A DNA stretch of 64,000 nucleotides. It comes from Candidatus Omnitrophota bacterium (lineage in GTDB: Bacteria > Omnitrophota > Gorgyraeia > Zapsychrales > Fredricksoniimonadaceae). The position numbers and the translations under genes are program-made. This document shows, in pieces, positions 9,609-19,099 of this stretch; within the stretch, counting starts at the first letter, position 1; every line of letters starts with the position of its first letter. The notes beneath the pieces are model-generated. The model was not told the origin of the DNA, ran no database searches, and worked only from the letters and a program-made list of their open reading frames with translations. Where the stretch lies: assembly GCA_903861305.1 (NCBI GenBank), contig CAIOTT010000056.1, forward strand, positions 5,918-69,917, in the 5' to 3' direction.

Positions 9609-9666
9609 GAGATTTCCGGGATGACATTAAATCCCTGCTCATACGCCTGTAATAATGCCCCGATCT

Positions 9667-10113
9667 TTACGGCGTCGCAACCAACCCTTCATTCCTTGAC
9701 ACCTGAACAAGCATCTTGAACGCTTGGACTTTCATATTCACAGCATCGGGCTGCTGCAAACGTTCCATGGCAGCGTTCATCGCCGTGAGCAGCCTTGAAG
9801 TGTCCCCTGCCTTGATCTTGTAACCCATTTGAAGCTGGATCTCAATGATACCCTCATGGACAAACATATCCTTTTGGTGGTCCGTCAATTGAGGCCAGTT
9901 CTGGCTGGTGACCTCATAGCCATTCCAGCGCGCCTGCTCTTTCGGAAAAAAGAAAACCTGAAGGATATCCTTTTGATCGTAGGCATAGGCAGACCCTTTG
10001 TTCCCGGGAAAAGGGTCAACACCAGCGGTACTCTCCGAAGGAAGCGCCAATACCATGGTAGAAAAAATAATAAGGCACGTAATGGCCGCGAAAAGATACA
10101 CCGTAATTTTCAT
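9667..10113 (-). CDS. Hypothetical secreted protein
   Basis: 148 aa with an N-terminal signal-like segment MKITVYLFAAITCLIIFSTMVLALPSES. No recognisable family. Locally AT-rich. Confidence 0.5.
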   Translation of the reverse strand: MKITVYLFAAITCLIIFSTMVLALPSESTAGVDPFPGNKGSAYAYDQKDILQVFFFPKEQARWNGYEVTSQNWPQLTDHQKDMFVHEGIIEIQLQMGYKIKAGDTSRLLTAMNAAMERLQQPDAVNMKVQAFKMLVQVSRNEGLVATP

Positions 10114-10158
10114 ATGCGCCTGATTTGTTCCTTTCCGTGTAAAACGTCACTCAGATAT

Positions 10159-10428
10159 TTACGCCTTCTTTTCATTGTTCAAATATACCAATAACCCGGT
10201 TACACTCAATAACCCGAAAGAAAAGATCCCGAGCTTGTTAAAGAGAGCCCTTCTTTCCTGGATAATGTTCACGCGTTGTATCAGGGCTTCCTCTATAGGC
10301 TTTGCGGCTTGCCAGAACGTTTCCCTCTGCCGCAACGAAGAAGCTGCCGTTAATGCTAAATAGATCACAGGGATCAAAACTGTTACGCTGATCCAAATTA
10401 TGGCCACTTGTTTTTTATTCAGCTTCAT
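10159..10428 (-). CDS. Hypothetical small membrane protein (two hydrophobic helices)
   Basis: 89 aa with VAIIWISVTVLIPVIYLALTAA and LGIFSFGLLSVTGLLVYL. No recognisable family. Confidence 0.4.
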   Translation of the reverse strand: MKLNKKQVAIIWISVTVLIPVIYLALTAASSLRQRETFWQAAKPIEEALIQRVNIIQERRALFNKLGIFSFGLLSVTGLLVYLNNEKKA

Positions 10429-10453
10429 ATCGATCTTTCCTGCTCACACCTGT

Positions 10454-10930
10454 TTATGATCCGGCCTGCGGCCGATTCAATTTCCAAACATGGAAATTCA
10501 GAATGCCCGCAAACGTAACCCACACAAAATACGGCACGAAAAGCAGCCCCGCGCACCAATAAACCTCCCAGAAGCTGATCATCGTCACCAGGATGCTCAC
10601 CCACAAAAGGACCAGTTCCGCCAAAGCCCATCCCGGATGCCGAAGGCCGAAGAAGATCACCGACCATCCGGCATTCAGGGCCAGTTGGACGCCGAACAGG
10701 ACCATGGGCCAGCAGAAAACATTCCTGGGCATCCTCTCCCAGGCCATCCATCCAGCCACGGCCATCATCAGATAAAGGACCGTCCAGACCGGCGCGAATA
10801 CCCGGTCAGGAGGGTTCCACGACGGCTTCCTGAGCGTTGGATACCAGCTTTTAATGGAAGCCCCCGTAAAGACCGAGCCTGCGGCCGCCGTTGCAAAACA
10901 TAAAATTATGAAGAATATCAAAGAGTTCAC
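10454..10930 (-). CDS. tspO: TspO/MBR family tryptophan-rich sensory protein
   Basis: 158 aa, five TM helices. Contains WYPTLRKPSWNPPDRVFAPVWTVLYLMMAVAGWMAW, typical of TspO. Confidence 0.85.
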   Translation of the reverse strand: MNSLIFFIILCFATAAAGSVFTGASIKSWYPTLRKPSWNPPDRVFAPVWTVLYLMMAVAGWMAWERMPRNVFCWPMVLFGVQLALNAGWSVIFFGLRHPGWALAELVLLWVSILVTMISFWEVYWCAGLLFVPYFVWVTFAGILNFHVWKLNRPQAGS

Positions 10931-11095
10931 CTGTTTCGATTTAAAGATCGGTGATCATCTTAGCACCATCCTTCGCGTTTTTCAGCCACTTTCTCTAGTG
11001 ACACACTCTTAAACCGTGTAACTCTATTGATCAGACCTGCTCCCCTTGTTTCCGGCCAAAATATAATTTATATTTATATAAATAATTTGGTAGAT

Positions 11096-14000
11096 ATGCC
11101 TCCATATACTCCTGCTACAAAGAAAATCATTTTTTCCAGGTCGATCTCCCTTGTCCTGCGCGTGTTCATGGGCATCAATATCCTGCTTGGACCCATCCAG
11201 GCCCATGCCGAATACCTTGTCACACAGCCTATAGCTGCCATGAACCTGCCGCCTGCCGGTACCAGGGTCATGCCAAGCGCACCGGTATCTCCGGCAACCA
11301 TGATGGGCCTGAACGTATTCCCGGATAACCCGCTAAAATTCGATTTCCTGGTGACCCGACCGGATCCCCATAACCCGCCGGAACAGGAATACGGGCAGCT
11401 AATCCAATATTTCCTCACCTCTTTGACGACCCCGGAAAAAAACATGTGGGTCAACCTCTCACCCTATGAAAAAGAAAGGATCATCCCCGAAACTTTCGGC
11501 CGCACAACCATGGGGCGCGACCTTCTGTCGCTGGATTACATGCTCAAACAACTTTCCGCCTCGTTGCTGGACCCTGATGCGCCGCAGGGCAGACAATTCT
11601 GGGCGCGCCTCTATGCCAGGGCACAAACCGAATTCGGCACCACTGACATCCCGATGAACACCTTCAACAAGATCTGGATCATCCCGGATAAAGCCACGCT
11701 GTATGAACATGCCGGGGGTGTCATGATCATCGCTTCCCATTTGAAAGTCATGCTGGAAGAAGATTATCTGGCATTGAACGCCAGCCGGCAAGATACCCCT
11801 GCCGTTCCAAAAGACACGCTGATCAGCGGCATGTCGGCGGAAATGGCCCGTAACGTGCTGCTGCCGGAGATAGAAAAAGAGGTCAATGAGGGCGCCACGT
11901 TCCAGCGGCTGCGCCAGATCTACCATGCCATGCTCCTGGCCTCCTGGTACAAGGACACCCTGAAAGAAAGTGCCCTCGGCAAAACACTCGTCGATCAAAA
12001 CAAGATCTCCTACGTGACCGCCAATGGCAACGCCATCAACCAGGAGATCTACAACCGTTATGTAAGGACCTTCAAGGATGGCGTCATCAATATGGTCCGG
12101 GAAGAAACAGATCCTCTTTCCCATGAACTTGTACCACGGAAATATTTCTCGGGGGGCGTTACCTTAACAAGTGACCACGCCACGATCACGTCCGATGCGG
12201 CCCAGGAAGATCCCAACACGTTGCGCCGCATCACAACCATCCTGCGCCAATGGCCTGCGATCAACAGGGTCATGTGCCGCCTCAGTCCGTCTCCAAAAAC
12301 ATCGACGGCCACTGAACTCCCCGACATCCAGGCCAGGTTCGATGATTACCTGGCCCAAGATCCGTACCTGAAAGATTTCAAGGACACGCCGCTAAGGAAC
12401 GCCTTCACGCCTGAGATCATGGCAGCACTGCTTTACGACAAGACCCTGAGGGCCGTCTTCCTGCGGCCCCTTTACCAGGCGTCCGGCCAGGTTGGCCCGC
12501 TCAAAGCCGTAAACCAGAACGTGCTAAAAAGATTCGGCGGCAAAGCCCTGCTGGATACATATACCGGGTTCCTTGCCGGCAATGCGGCCAGAGCCAATGA
12601 AGAAATGATCAAAGGCAACCGGATCATCGTCGGCGTGACCGACCGCTGGAGCAAACAAGCATTCGCGATCCATACTAACCCTGTCAACGTAGCGAACAGA
12701 AGAAGATGCTTCTTCCCTCTTCCCGATGGCTCATGGCTCGCCATTAAAGGCATCGGCGACCTGAATGACGAACAAAGTACCATTCCGTGGCAATATGAAA
12801 ATGACCATCTCATGGGACTGGCCAACCTGTTTGAAGCCAACTTTGCAACACTGGGCAGAAAGATAACGCAGGGGTCGTCTTTTATGTCCAATGAACTGCT
12901 GGGTTACAGGGAATTAAAAGTTCTGCCCAACGGCTCAGGAGAATTAATAAAAACATCAGAAATACCCGTTCTTCAACAATTTAGCGATGAGAATGAGGTC
13001 AAGAATTCTGTTGTCTTGATCTTCGACCGGGTCTTGTCGCCCCACCGGTGCATCAAACTGCCCCAGATCCTGGCCAATGACCCCGGATTAATAAAGCTCC
13101 ATGCCAGCATGGTCCGTGTGCTTGTCAACAATAGGCTCACGGCCCCGGGATCACCCCGGGACATGATCCTCGACCTGATACGCCAGACAGCAAAGAACAT
13201 GGCTTTCAAAACCAATGAACACCTTTACAAAGCCAGCTATCATCTTCAAGATATCGGCATCGTCCGCGGGCAAGAAGCTGATAACGAAGAATTTATTCCA
13301 TTCGCTTCCATGATTAGGATAGTTTCAAGCCACACCCACATCCCCTTTGTTTTATCCACCCTGCAAGATCACGCCTTGAACATGAACGATATTTATTCCT
13401 GCCTTGAACTGCTCTTATCGCTGGAACAAACACTACGCCATGACAGCAGCACAATATCCATCTTCCAGTCTCCGCAGGAGAGCCTGACACTGTTCTTAAC
13501 TACGTATTTCTCAAGCCTCTCGGATGAAAACCTGAAAATATGGCTTAACACCTCCGACGTGATCCAATTCGGGCAACGTGCCCGGAATGTCTCGCGCCTG
13601 GTCCAATCGCTTTACCTGCCGCTGGCCATCAACCAATTCCATCCCGCCCCTTCAGGCCATATCAACCGTGATAAGTTTGAGGTCCTGCTGATGATCCAGA
13701 CCCTCCTGGAGCATGAAGCCGAACGACGTGCCGGAGTAAAACAACCATTAGGACCTTCGTCAGCACCAAGGTCCCCCTCGATCCTGATCTCAACACAGTT
13801 CGAACCATCTCACATCCTGGTCAGGGAAACTTTTAAAGACAGTGAAAAATTCGGGAATTACAATTTCCCCGCAGAAGACAAGGGGTTGATCACGGCCGCA
13901 TTCCAAACCATAGCGAAAGCTTACCCAGCCCATATTTTCCCGGAAAATACCATTGAACAATGCATCGCCTATGGCACGGGCAATAAAACACATCATGATG

Positions 14001-16549
14001 CACTCCAGGCCATACTTGGCCAGATCCCGGCATCCCCCGACAATACGGCTGCTATCATTAAAGAAGTGTTATATGTCACAAGGATCACCGCCAAATACAC
14101 CTTGAACGAAAAACAAACGCGGCGCCTTCTTGGCTCCTTTATAAATGCAACACCCTCTCCCGCTCCTGAACCCATGAGCCTGGAAGATCAGATCAAGGAT
14201 CAAATCCAGGATCAAGTCATGCACCATGAAATCGAACAATTAAAGACCGATGATCACGTCTTCTCACTTGACAACATCAATCCGCTCGACCTGGGAGACC
14301 CTGATACACTGAAAGAAGTGGATGCGTCCATGAACAACGCCGATGCGGAACTCCTGGACCTGCGGGCCAGGTTCGATGAATACCTTGCCCGTGATCCCTA
14401 CCTGAAAAGTTTCAAGGACACACCGCTCAAGAAGGTCTTCACGCCCGAGATCATGAAAGTGCTGCTCAACGACCCGGTCCTGCGCCCTGTATTCTTGCTG
14501 TCATTGAGTGAATCCAAAGGCGAAGTCGGCCCCCTGAAGGCGGTGGACGAAGAACTGGCCGCCAGGATCGGCGGGAAAGCCACGCTTGATGCCTACACGG
14601 GATTTCTCGTCGGCAATGCAGGGCAGGCCAATGAGGAAATAAAGAGGAGCCATAAGATCATTGTCGGCGTGACCGACCGCTGGAGCGATATAACATTGAT
14701 GCCCAATAACGCCTTCAATGTCGCCAACAGACGGCGCGTCTTCTTCCCGCTGCCCGACGGATCATGGCTGAGCATCAAGGGCGCCGGCGACCTTAACGAC
14801 GAGGAAACGCTCACGACCTACAACTATTACCCGGACACAAGCACCATGTACGGGCTGATATCCCTGAATGAGGTCTTGCGCGTAGAGGCCTTCAAAGAAG
14901 CCCTAAAAAACCCTGTTTTTATGACCAATAAATTCCTGGGATACAGAAAACTGAATGTTCTTACAGACGGCCTTGGAGGTCTCACGCCCGTATCAAACGC
15001 CCAGTATGTCCTGGACTTTGAACAGGTACTAACGCCTCACCGGCTTTCCAAATTACCGCAATTGCTGGCGGCTGACCCCGGATTGCGCAGGCTGCATGCC
15101 GACCTTCAAAAAGTATTCATCAACAATCACATGCCTGCCCCGCCTTCGCCGCGTGACATGCTGTTGAACGTCATCCGGCAGATGGCGCTAAACCTGGCTT
15201 TCAAGAACAATAACCACCTTTATAAACTGACCTACCATGCCCAGGATGTCGCTTTCAGCGGTGAAGAAAGCGATCGTAATGAGCTGATCCCTTACGAATC
15301 CATAGTTGAACGAATGTCCAGCGATGCCTATCAACTGTTTATTCTGCCCATACTTAAAACATACAAATTGAACATGAATGATATTTACAGGAGCTTGCGG
15401 ATATTACTTTTACTCACGCAAAACCTGTCATCCTATGACGGCACGGCCAATTTGATCGGAGAACCACAACAAGCCCTTCATTTGTTCTTTAATACATATT
15501 TCTCAAACCTCTCCGATCAAAACCTGACCGCATGGCTCGACACGTTCGACGTGATCGAATTCGGGCATAGCAAACGCTGCGTTTCACGCATGCTCCAGTC
15601 CATTTATCTTCCATTCGCTATAAACCAGTTCCATCCCGCCCCTTCCGGCCACATCAACCGCGACAAATTCGAGGTCCTGCTGATGCTCCAAAGCCTGCTC
15701 GACCATGAAGCCCAGCGCCGCGGCATCGCGCTCCCTTCCATATCAACTTCAACACCGGTCTCTCCGTCAATATTGGGATCCGAGAAATATGCCGCATTGT
15801 TCAGGATCGTTCAACGCAACCAGGCACATCGAACTCTTCCCCTGCCTGCCAAGGATATAAATTTGATCGCGACCGCCTTCCATAACATAGCAAGAGCCTA
15901 TCCCCTGTTAAACACACCGCCGGACGCCGTGCAGCAATTCATGGCTTACGGGATGGGAACAACAAGCCATCAAAATGCTTTCCAGTCCCTGTTGAAGGCC
16001 ATGCCTGAACAATCCGCGGGCATGCAACATATAATTCGGCAGGCCCTGCATGTGGTCCGGATCACCGCCAAATATGACCTGTCCCCGGAAGCCATGGCCC
16101 TTCTTTTAACCACCGCGACGACCAATACCCCTGTGTCGCGATCATCTCTCCTGCTGACAGACTCATTCGATCTTCCCACGCTGCTCAATGAGATAAAAAA
16201 ATTAATGAAGACCGAGTCGCTCACGGCGTCAAGCGCACCCGATCCGCTGCGCCTTGATGGCAACCAGAGAACCTTGAAGGAAGAGAACGGACTCCCCACG
16301 CTCGACCTGGGAGAACCTGATACGCTGAAGGAAGTGGACGCGTCCATGGAACTGTCCGAAACCAGGAAAACAGACGGCGGTATCGACCTGAACCGGAATA
16401 TGATGGCCCTGGACGTAAAGAAAGAAAATGCGGGCTTTCAAAAAAAGACAGGGGCCCTGGCTGCAGACAATACGGGATATTTTATCCCCATCATCACAGA
16501 TATCTTCCCTGTTAAAGACGTCATGTCCTTTTTACCGGAAACGCATTGA
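11096..16549 (+). CDS. Giant secreted protein P1 (1817 aa), paralog 1 of 5: signal peptide, shared N-cap, two ~680 aa tandem cargo modules, shared C-cap
   Basis: Signal-like IIFSRSISLVLRVFMGINILLGPIQAHA. N-cap motifs are PLKFDFLV, WVNLSPYEKERIIPETFG, MGRDLLSLDYMLKQ, FGTTDIPMNTFNKIWIIPDKA, EKEVNEG and VPRKYFSGG. The C-cap is DGGIDLN...FIPIITDIFPVKDVMSFL. Start moved from 11027 to the ATG at 11096. Confidence 0.8.
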   Translation: MPPYTPATKKIIFSRSISLVLRVFMGINILLGPIQAHAEYLVTQPIAAMNLPPAGTRVMPSAPVSPATMMGLNVFPDNPLKFDFLVTRPDPHNPPEQEYGQLIQYFLTSLTTPEKNMWVNLSPYEKERIIPETFGRTTMGRDLLSLDYMLKQLSASLLDPDAPQGRQFWARLYARAQTEFGTTDIPMNTFNKIWIIPDKATLYEHAGGVMIIASHLKVMLEEDYLALNASRQDTPAVPKDTLISGMSAEMARNVLLPEIEKEVNEGATFQRLRQIYHAMLLASWYKDTLKESALGKTLVDQNKISYVTANGNAINQEIYNRYVRTFKDGVINMVREETDPLSHELVPRKYFSGGVTLTSDHATITSDAAQEDPNTLRRITTILRQWPAINRVMCRLSPSPKTSTATELPDIQARFDDYLAQDPYLKDFKDTPLRNAFTPEIMAALLYDKTLRAVFLRPLYQASGQVGPLKAVNQNVLKRFGGKALLDTYTGFLAGNAARANEEMIKGNRIIVGVTDRWSKQAFAIHTNPVNVANRRRCFFPLPDGSWLAIKGIGDLNDEQSTIPWQYENDHLMGLANLFEANFATLGRKITQGSSFMSNELLGYRELKVLPNGSGELIKTSEIPVLQQFSDENEVKNSVVLIFDRVLSPHRCIKLPQILANDPGLIKLHASMVRVLVNNRLTAPGSPRDMILDLIRQTAKNMAFKTNEHLYKASYHLQDIGIVRGQEADNEEFIPFASMIRIVSSHTHIPFVLSTLQDHALNMNDIYSCLELLLSLEQTLRHDSSTISIFQSPQESLTLFLTTYFSSLSDENLKIWLNTSDVIQFGQRARNVSRLVQSLYLPLAINQFHPAPSGHINRDKFEVLLMIQTLLEHEAERRAGVKQPLGPSSAPRSPSILISTQFEPSHILVRETFKDSEKFGNYNFPAEDKGLITAAFQTIAKAYPAHIFPENTIEQCIAYGTGNKTHHDALQAILGQIPASPDNTAAIIKEVLYVTRITAKYTLNEKQTRRLLGSFINATPSPAPEPMSLEDQIKDQIQDQVMHHEIEQLKTDDHVFSLDNINPLDLGDPDTLKEVDASMNNADAELLDLRARFDEYLARDPYLKSFKDTPLKKVFTPEIMKVLLNDPVLRPVFLLSLSESKGEVGPLKAVDEELAARIGGKATLDAYTGFLVGNAGQANEEIKRSHKIIVGVTDRWSDITLMPNNAFNVANRRRVFFPLPDGSWLSIKGAGDLNDEETLTTYNYYPDTSTMYGLISLNEVLRVEAFKEALKNPVFMTNKFLGYRKLNVLTDGLGGLTPVSNAQYVLDFEQVLTPHRLSKLPQLLAADPGLRRLHADLQKVFINNHMPAPPSPRDMLLNVIRQMALNLAFKNNNHLYKLTYHAQDVAFSGEESDRNELIPYESIVERMSSDAYQLFILPILKTYKLNMNDIYRSLRILLLLTQNLSSYDGTANLIGEPQQALHLFFNTYFSNLSDQNLTAWLDTFDVIEFGHSKRCVSRMLQSIYLPFAINQFHPAPSGHINRDKFEVLLMLQSLLDHEAQRRGIALPSISTSTPVSPSILGSEKYAALFRIVQRNQAHRTLPLPAKDINLIATAFHNIARAYPLLNTPPDAVQQFMAYGMGTTSHQNAFQSLLKAMPEQSAGMQHIIRQALHVVRITAKYDLSPEAMALLLTTATTNTPVSRSSLLLTDSFDLPTLLNEIKKLMKTESLTASSAPDPLRLDGNQRTLKEENGLPTLDLGEPDTLKEVDASMELSETRKTDGGIDLNRNMMALDVKKENAGFQKKTGALAADNTGYFIPIITDIFPVKDVMSFLPETH
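12314..16348 (+). repeat. In-frame tandem duplication inside P1 (two modules, period ~2034 nt)
   Basis: Module A starts ELPDIQARFDDYLAQDPYLKDFKDTPL at 12314. Module B starts ELLDLRARFDEYLARDPYLKSFKDTPL at 14348. Each ends with LDLG(D/E)PDTLKEVDASM (14285-14332 and 16301-16348). The similarity is diverged and visible mainly at protein level. Confidence 0.8.
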
Positions 16550-16618
16550 GGTGACCTGATCCTGGTCTCCCTAAAAATGTAATGTGCCCACAGTCCCTCT
16601 GTTGTAAAATATAACCTT

Positions 16619-17812
16619 ATGAAAAGATCCGTTTATCTGTGGCTTACGATCGGCTTCATCATTTTATACACGTTCGGCTTTGCCTGGCGGCATCCGCATG
16701 CTGTGCCGCTGCCGGTGAATGCCGCGCTGGGATACGGCGGGCCTCTCGAGATCGGACTGACAGCCACGGCACAGGGGGAGATCACGGAGGTCAAGGTCAT
16801 CCGTCACAACGAGACCCCTTCTTACATCACGGGCCTGCCGGGCTTCCTGCGGCAATTCACGGGCCGCACGGTCCACAGCCCTTTGAAACTCGGCAAGGAC
16901 ATCGATGCCATGTCCGGAGCGACCGTCACGAGCCGCGCTGTCCTGCTGGCCGTGAAAAAAGACCTCTTTGGCAAGATGAACCTTCCCGCGCCTTCTGACG
17001 ACGGGGCGGGTGCTCTTCCATGGGCCCAGGTCCTTGTCCCGGTTTTCCTGTGGCTGCTAGCTGTCACCGCGCTCCTGCGGCGCGACAACGCCCTGCGCTG
17101 GGCGGCCATGGCCGGCGGGTTTGTTTATTTCGGTGTCATCACCCATACCATGCTTTCCATTGTCCAGGTGGTGCAGGCCGGGACATGGCACATCCCCGGC
17201 TTCAGGGATAATCCCCTCTGGTGGCTGGTCATTGCGACAGGACTTGCCGGGGGTTTATTGTTCGGCCGCGTCTACTGCGGCAGCCTGTGCCCTTTCGCGC
17301 TGGTGCAGGAACTCCTGCATCTGCTCATCCGGCGCAAGCGCCGGGCCGCAGCAGCCGTTTCCCCGGGCCTTGACCGCCACGCGCGCCTGATCAAATATGC
17401 CCTGCTCTTTCTGATCACTGGACTTTGTTTTGCTTTGGGCAATGCCGCGGCCGCGAACATGGAGCCGTTCATCACGCTTTTTTCAGGGCACGGCAGCAAG
17501 GTGGCATGGTTCCTCCTCGCGCTCATGCTCATCATGGGCATATTCAATTTCCGCTTCTGGTGCACCTGCCTCTGCCCGGTGGGCGCCTTGACCAGCCTGA
17601 TCGCGGTGTTCAGCGTCAACAGGATCGTCCCGGCCAAAACCTGCACGGCCTGCGACGCCTGTGTGAACGCCTGCCCGGCCGCGGCGATCGCCAAAGACGC
17701 CGGCGGCCATCCCGTCGTTGACATGGCGGAGTGCATCACCTGCGCAAAATGTCTTCGCGCCTGCCCCGTGAACGCGCTACAATTAAAGCGGGGTCCCGAT
17801 GAAAAGGCATGA
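16619..17812 (+). CDS. NosR/NirI/NapH-like membrane protein: periplasmic FMN-binding domain, polytopic CX3CP domain and 2x[4Fe-4S] ferredoxin domain
   Basis: 397 aa. FMN_bind signature DAMSGATVTS. Membrane CX3CP motifs CGSLCPF and CTCLCPVG. C-terminal CTACDACVNACP and CITCAKCLRACP. Confidence 0.75.
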   Translation: MKRSVYLWLTIGFIILYTFGFAWRHPHAVPLPVNAALGYGGPLEIGLTATAQGEITEVKVIRHNETPSYITGLPGFLRQFTGRTVHSPLKLGKDIDAMSGATVTSRAVLLAVKKDLFGKMNLPAPSDDGAGALPWAQVLVPVFLWLLAVTALLRRDNALRWAAMAGGFVYFGVITHTMLSIVQVVQAGTWHIPGFRDNPLWWLVIATGLAGGLLFGRVYCGSLCPFALVQELLHLLIRRKRRAAAAVSPGLDRHARLIKYALLFLITGLCFALGNAAAANMEPFITLFSGHGSKVAWFLLALMLIMGIFNFRFWCTCLCPVGALTSLIAVFSVNRIVPAKTCTACDACVNACPAAAIAKDAGGHPVVDMAECITCAKCLRACPVNALQLKRGPDEKA

Positions 17813-17990
17813 CAATATCTTTATTTTTCTGACCGTCGCGGCCGTGGCCTCCATCGCGTGGGTCATCAGCGATAACATCGCAACGTCCCTCGGGCAGGCG
17901 ACCATGACAACGGAGTCGGTCCGGCAAAGCTTCATCAACATGAAACTGCCGCTGCATGAAGGGAAGTACTGGAAGGTGTCCGATGAATAA
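17799..17990 (+). CDS. Small membrane-anchor ORF, probably the detached N-terminal leader of the downstream radical SAM enzyme
   Basis: 63 aa with TM segment IFIFLTVAAVASIAWVI. It ends ...LPLHEGKYWKVSDE*, which continues naturally into the next gene's NKIECTLCPRRC. It overlaps both neighbours (by 14 nt upstream, 8 nt downstream). Confidence 0.4.
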   Translation: MKRHDNIFIFLTVAAVASIAWVISDNIATSLGQATMTTESVRQSFINMKLPLHEGKYWKVSDE

Positions 17991-18957
17991 AATCGAATGT
18001 ACCCTTTGTCCCCGGCGCTGCAAGGTCCCCGAAGGCGGCCGCGGCGACTGCCGCGTGCGCACCAACGTGGGTGGGAAACTTTTTTCCCTCGTGTACGGCA
18101 ACCCCTGTTCGGTCCATATCGACCCGATCGAGAAGAAACCTTTCTTCCACATCGTCCCGGGATCCACGGCCTTCTCCATCGCCACCGCGGGCTGCAACCT
18201 GCACTGCCGTTATTGCCAGAACTGGCAAATATCGCAAATACCGCCCGAAGAGGCCCACAGCGAACAAATGCTCCCCGAAGAAGTGGTCCGCCAGGCGCTG
18301 AAGAACAACTGCCGCAGCATTGCCTACACCTACTCCGATCCGATCGTGTACTACGAGTACACCATCGACACCAGCATCCTGGCGAAAGAGAAAGGTCTCC
18401 TGAACATCCTTGTGACCGGCGGGTACATCGAGCAGGAACCCTTGATAGAACTGTGCAAGTCCGCGCACGCGATCAAGGTCGATCTCAAAGGCATCACAGA
18501 GGAATTTTACAAGAAAATGTCACGGGCCACCCTGCAACCCGTGCTGGACGCGATCGTCACGATCAAAAAGTCCGGCGTCTGGCTGGAGCTGTGCAACCTC
18601 ATTGTCCCGACGTGGAATGACAGCGACGCCGACCTGCGCCAGCTGATCCGCTGGGTGAAGGACAACTGCGGCAGGGATACGCCGCTGCATTTCTCGAAGT
18701 TCTGGCCCATGTACCAGCTGTTGGACCTGCCGCCCACACCCAATGAAACCATCACGCGCGCGTGGGAGATGGCCAAAGCCGAAGGCATGCCGTTCGCCTA
18801 CGTGGGCAATATCCCGGATCACCCCGGCAACAACACCTACTGCCCCCACGACGGAAAATTACTGGTAGCCCGCCTCGGCTACGAGGTTCAGGAAAACCAT
18901 ATTATTGACGGAAAATGTGAATACTGCGCAACCGCTATACCGGGGATATGGAAATGA
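17983..18957 (+). CDS. AmmeMemoRadiSam-type radical SAM enzyme (AmrS / PFL-activase-like)
   Basis: MNKIECTLCPRRCKVPEGGRGDCRVRTNVGGKLFSLVYGN followed by the radical-SAM motif CNLHCRYCQNW. Start taken at the ATG at 17983 behind GGAAGGTG. The track start at 17956 is the same frame. Confidence 0.85.
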   Translation: MNKIECTLCPRRCKVPEGGRGDCRVRTNVGGKLFSLVYGNPCSVHIDPIEKKPFFHIVPGSTAFSIATAGCNLHCRYCQNWQISQIPPEEAHSEQMLPEEVVRQALKNNCRSIAYTYSDPIVYYEYTIDTSILAKEKGLLNILVTGGYIEQEPLIELCKSAHAIKVDLKGITEEFYKKMSRATLQPVLDAIVTIKKSGVWLELCNLIVPTWNDSDADLRQLIRWVKDNCGRDTPLHFSKFWPMYQLLDLPPTPNETITRAWEMAKAEGMPFAYVGNIPDHPGNNTYCPHDGKLLVARLGYEVQENHIIDGKCEYCATAIPGIWK

Positions 18958-19099
18958 AACGCCGCAATTTTCTGAAGCTATGCCTGGGAGGCCTGACAGG
19001 GATATTCATGAACAACTGGCTTAAACCTTTCAACGCCCCCAAGGGGCCGAACCTCAAGGAAGCGCGCTTTTACAGGTCCGCAGATACATTAGCAGGCTG
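18953..19099 (+). CDS. 48-codon ORF with a twin-arginine leader (possible orphan leader or gene remnant)
   Basis: Below the track cutoff. My translation: MKRRNFLKLCLGGLTGIFMNNWLKPFNAPKGPNLKEARFYRSADTLAG*. It has an ATGA overlap with the radical SAM stop. Its last 46 nt overlap the 3' end of the convergent gene. Confidence 0.25.

Noticed and set aside
9667-10428. Two small AT-rich orphan genes between the hyd operon and tspO, considered as a possible toxin-antitoxin or accessory hydrogenase pair.
   Set aside because: One is a signal-peptide protein and the other a two-helix membrane protein with no TA-like features or overlap. Nothing in the sequence links them functionally to the hydrogenase.
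11046-11074. Possible promoter of P1 (TTGTTT-N17-TATATT) in the AT-rich tspO/P1 divergent region.
   Set aside because: Both hexamers are weak, the region is so AT-rich that such matches are expected by chance, and the resulting leader would be only ~15-20 nt with no clear RBS. I did not list it as a feature.
17983-17990. Programmed +1 ribosomal frameshift joining the leader ORF to the radical SAM enzyme.
   Set aside because: The site (GAA-TAA-A) has an in-frame stop like prfB. However, the P-site tRNA-Glu cannot re-pair in the +1 frame, and there is no upstream SD-like stimulator at the right distance. An indel or a genuine split is more parsimonious.
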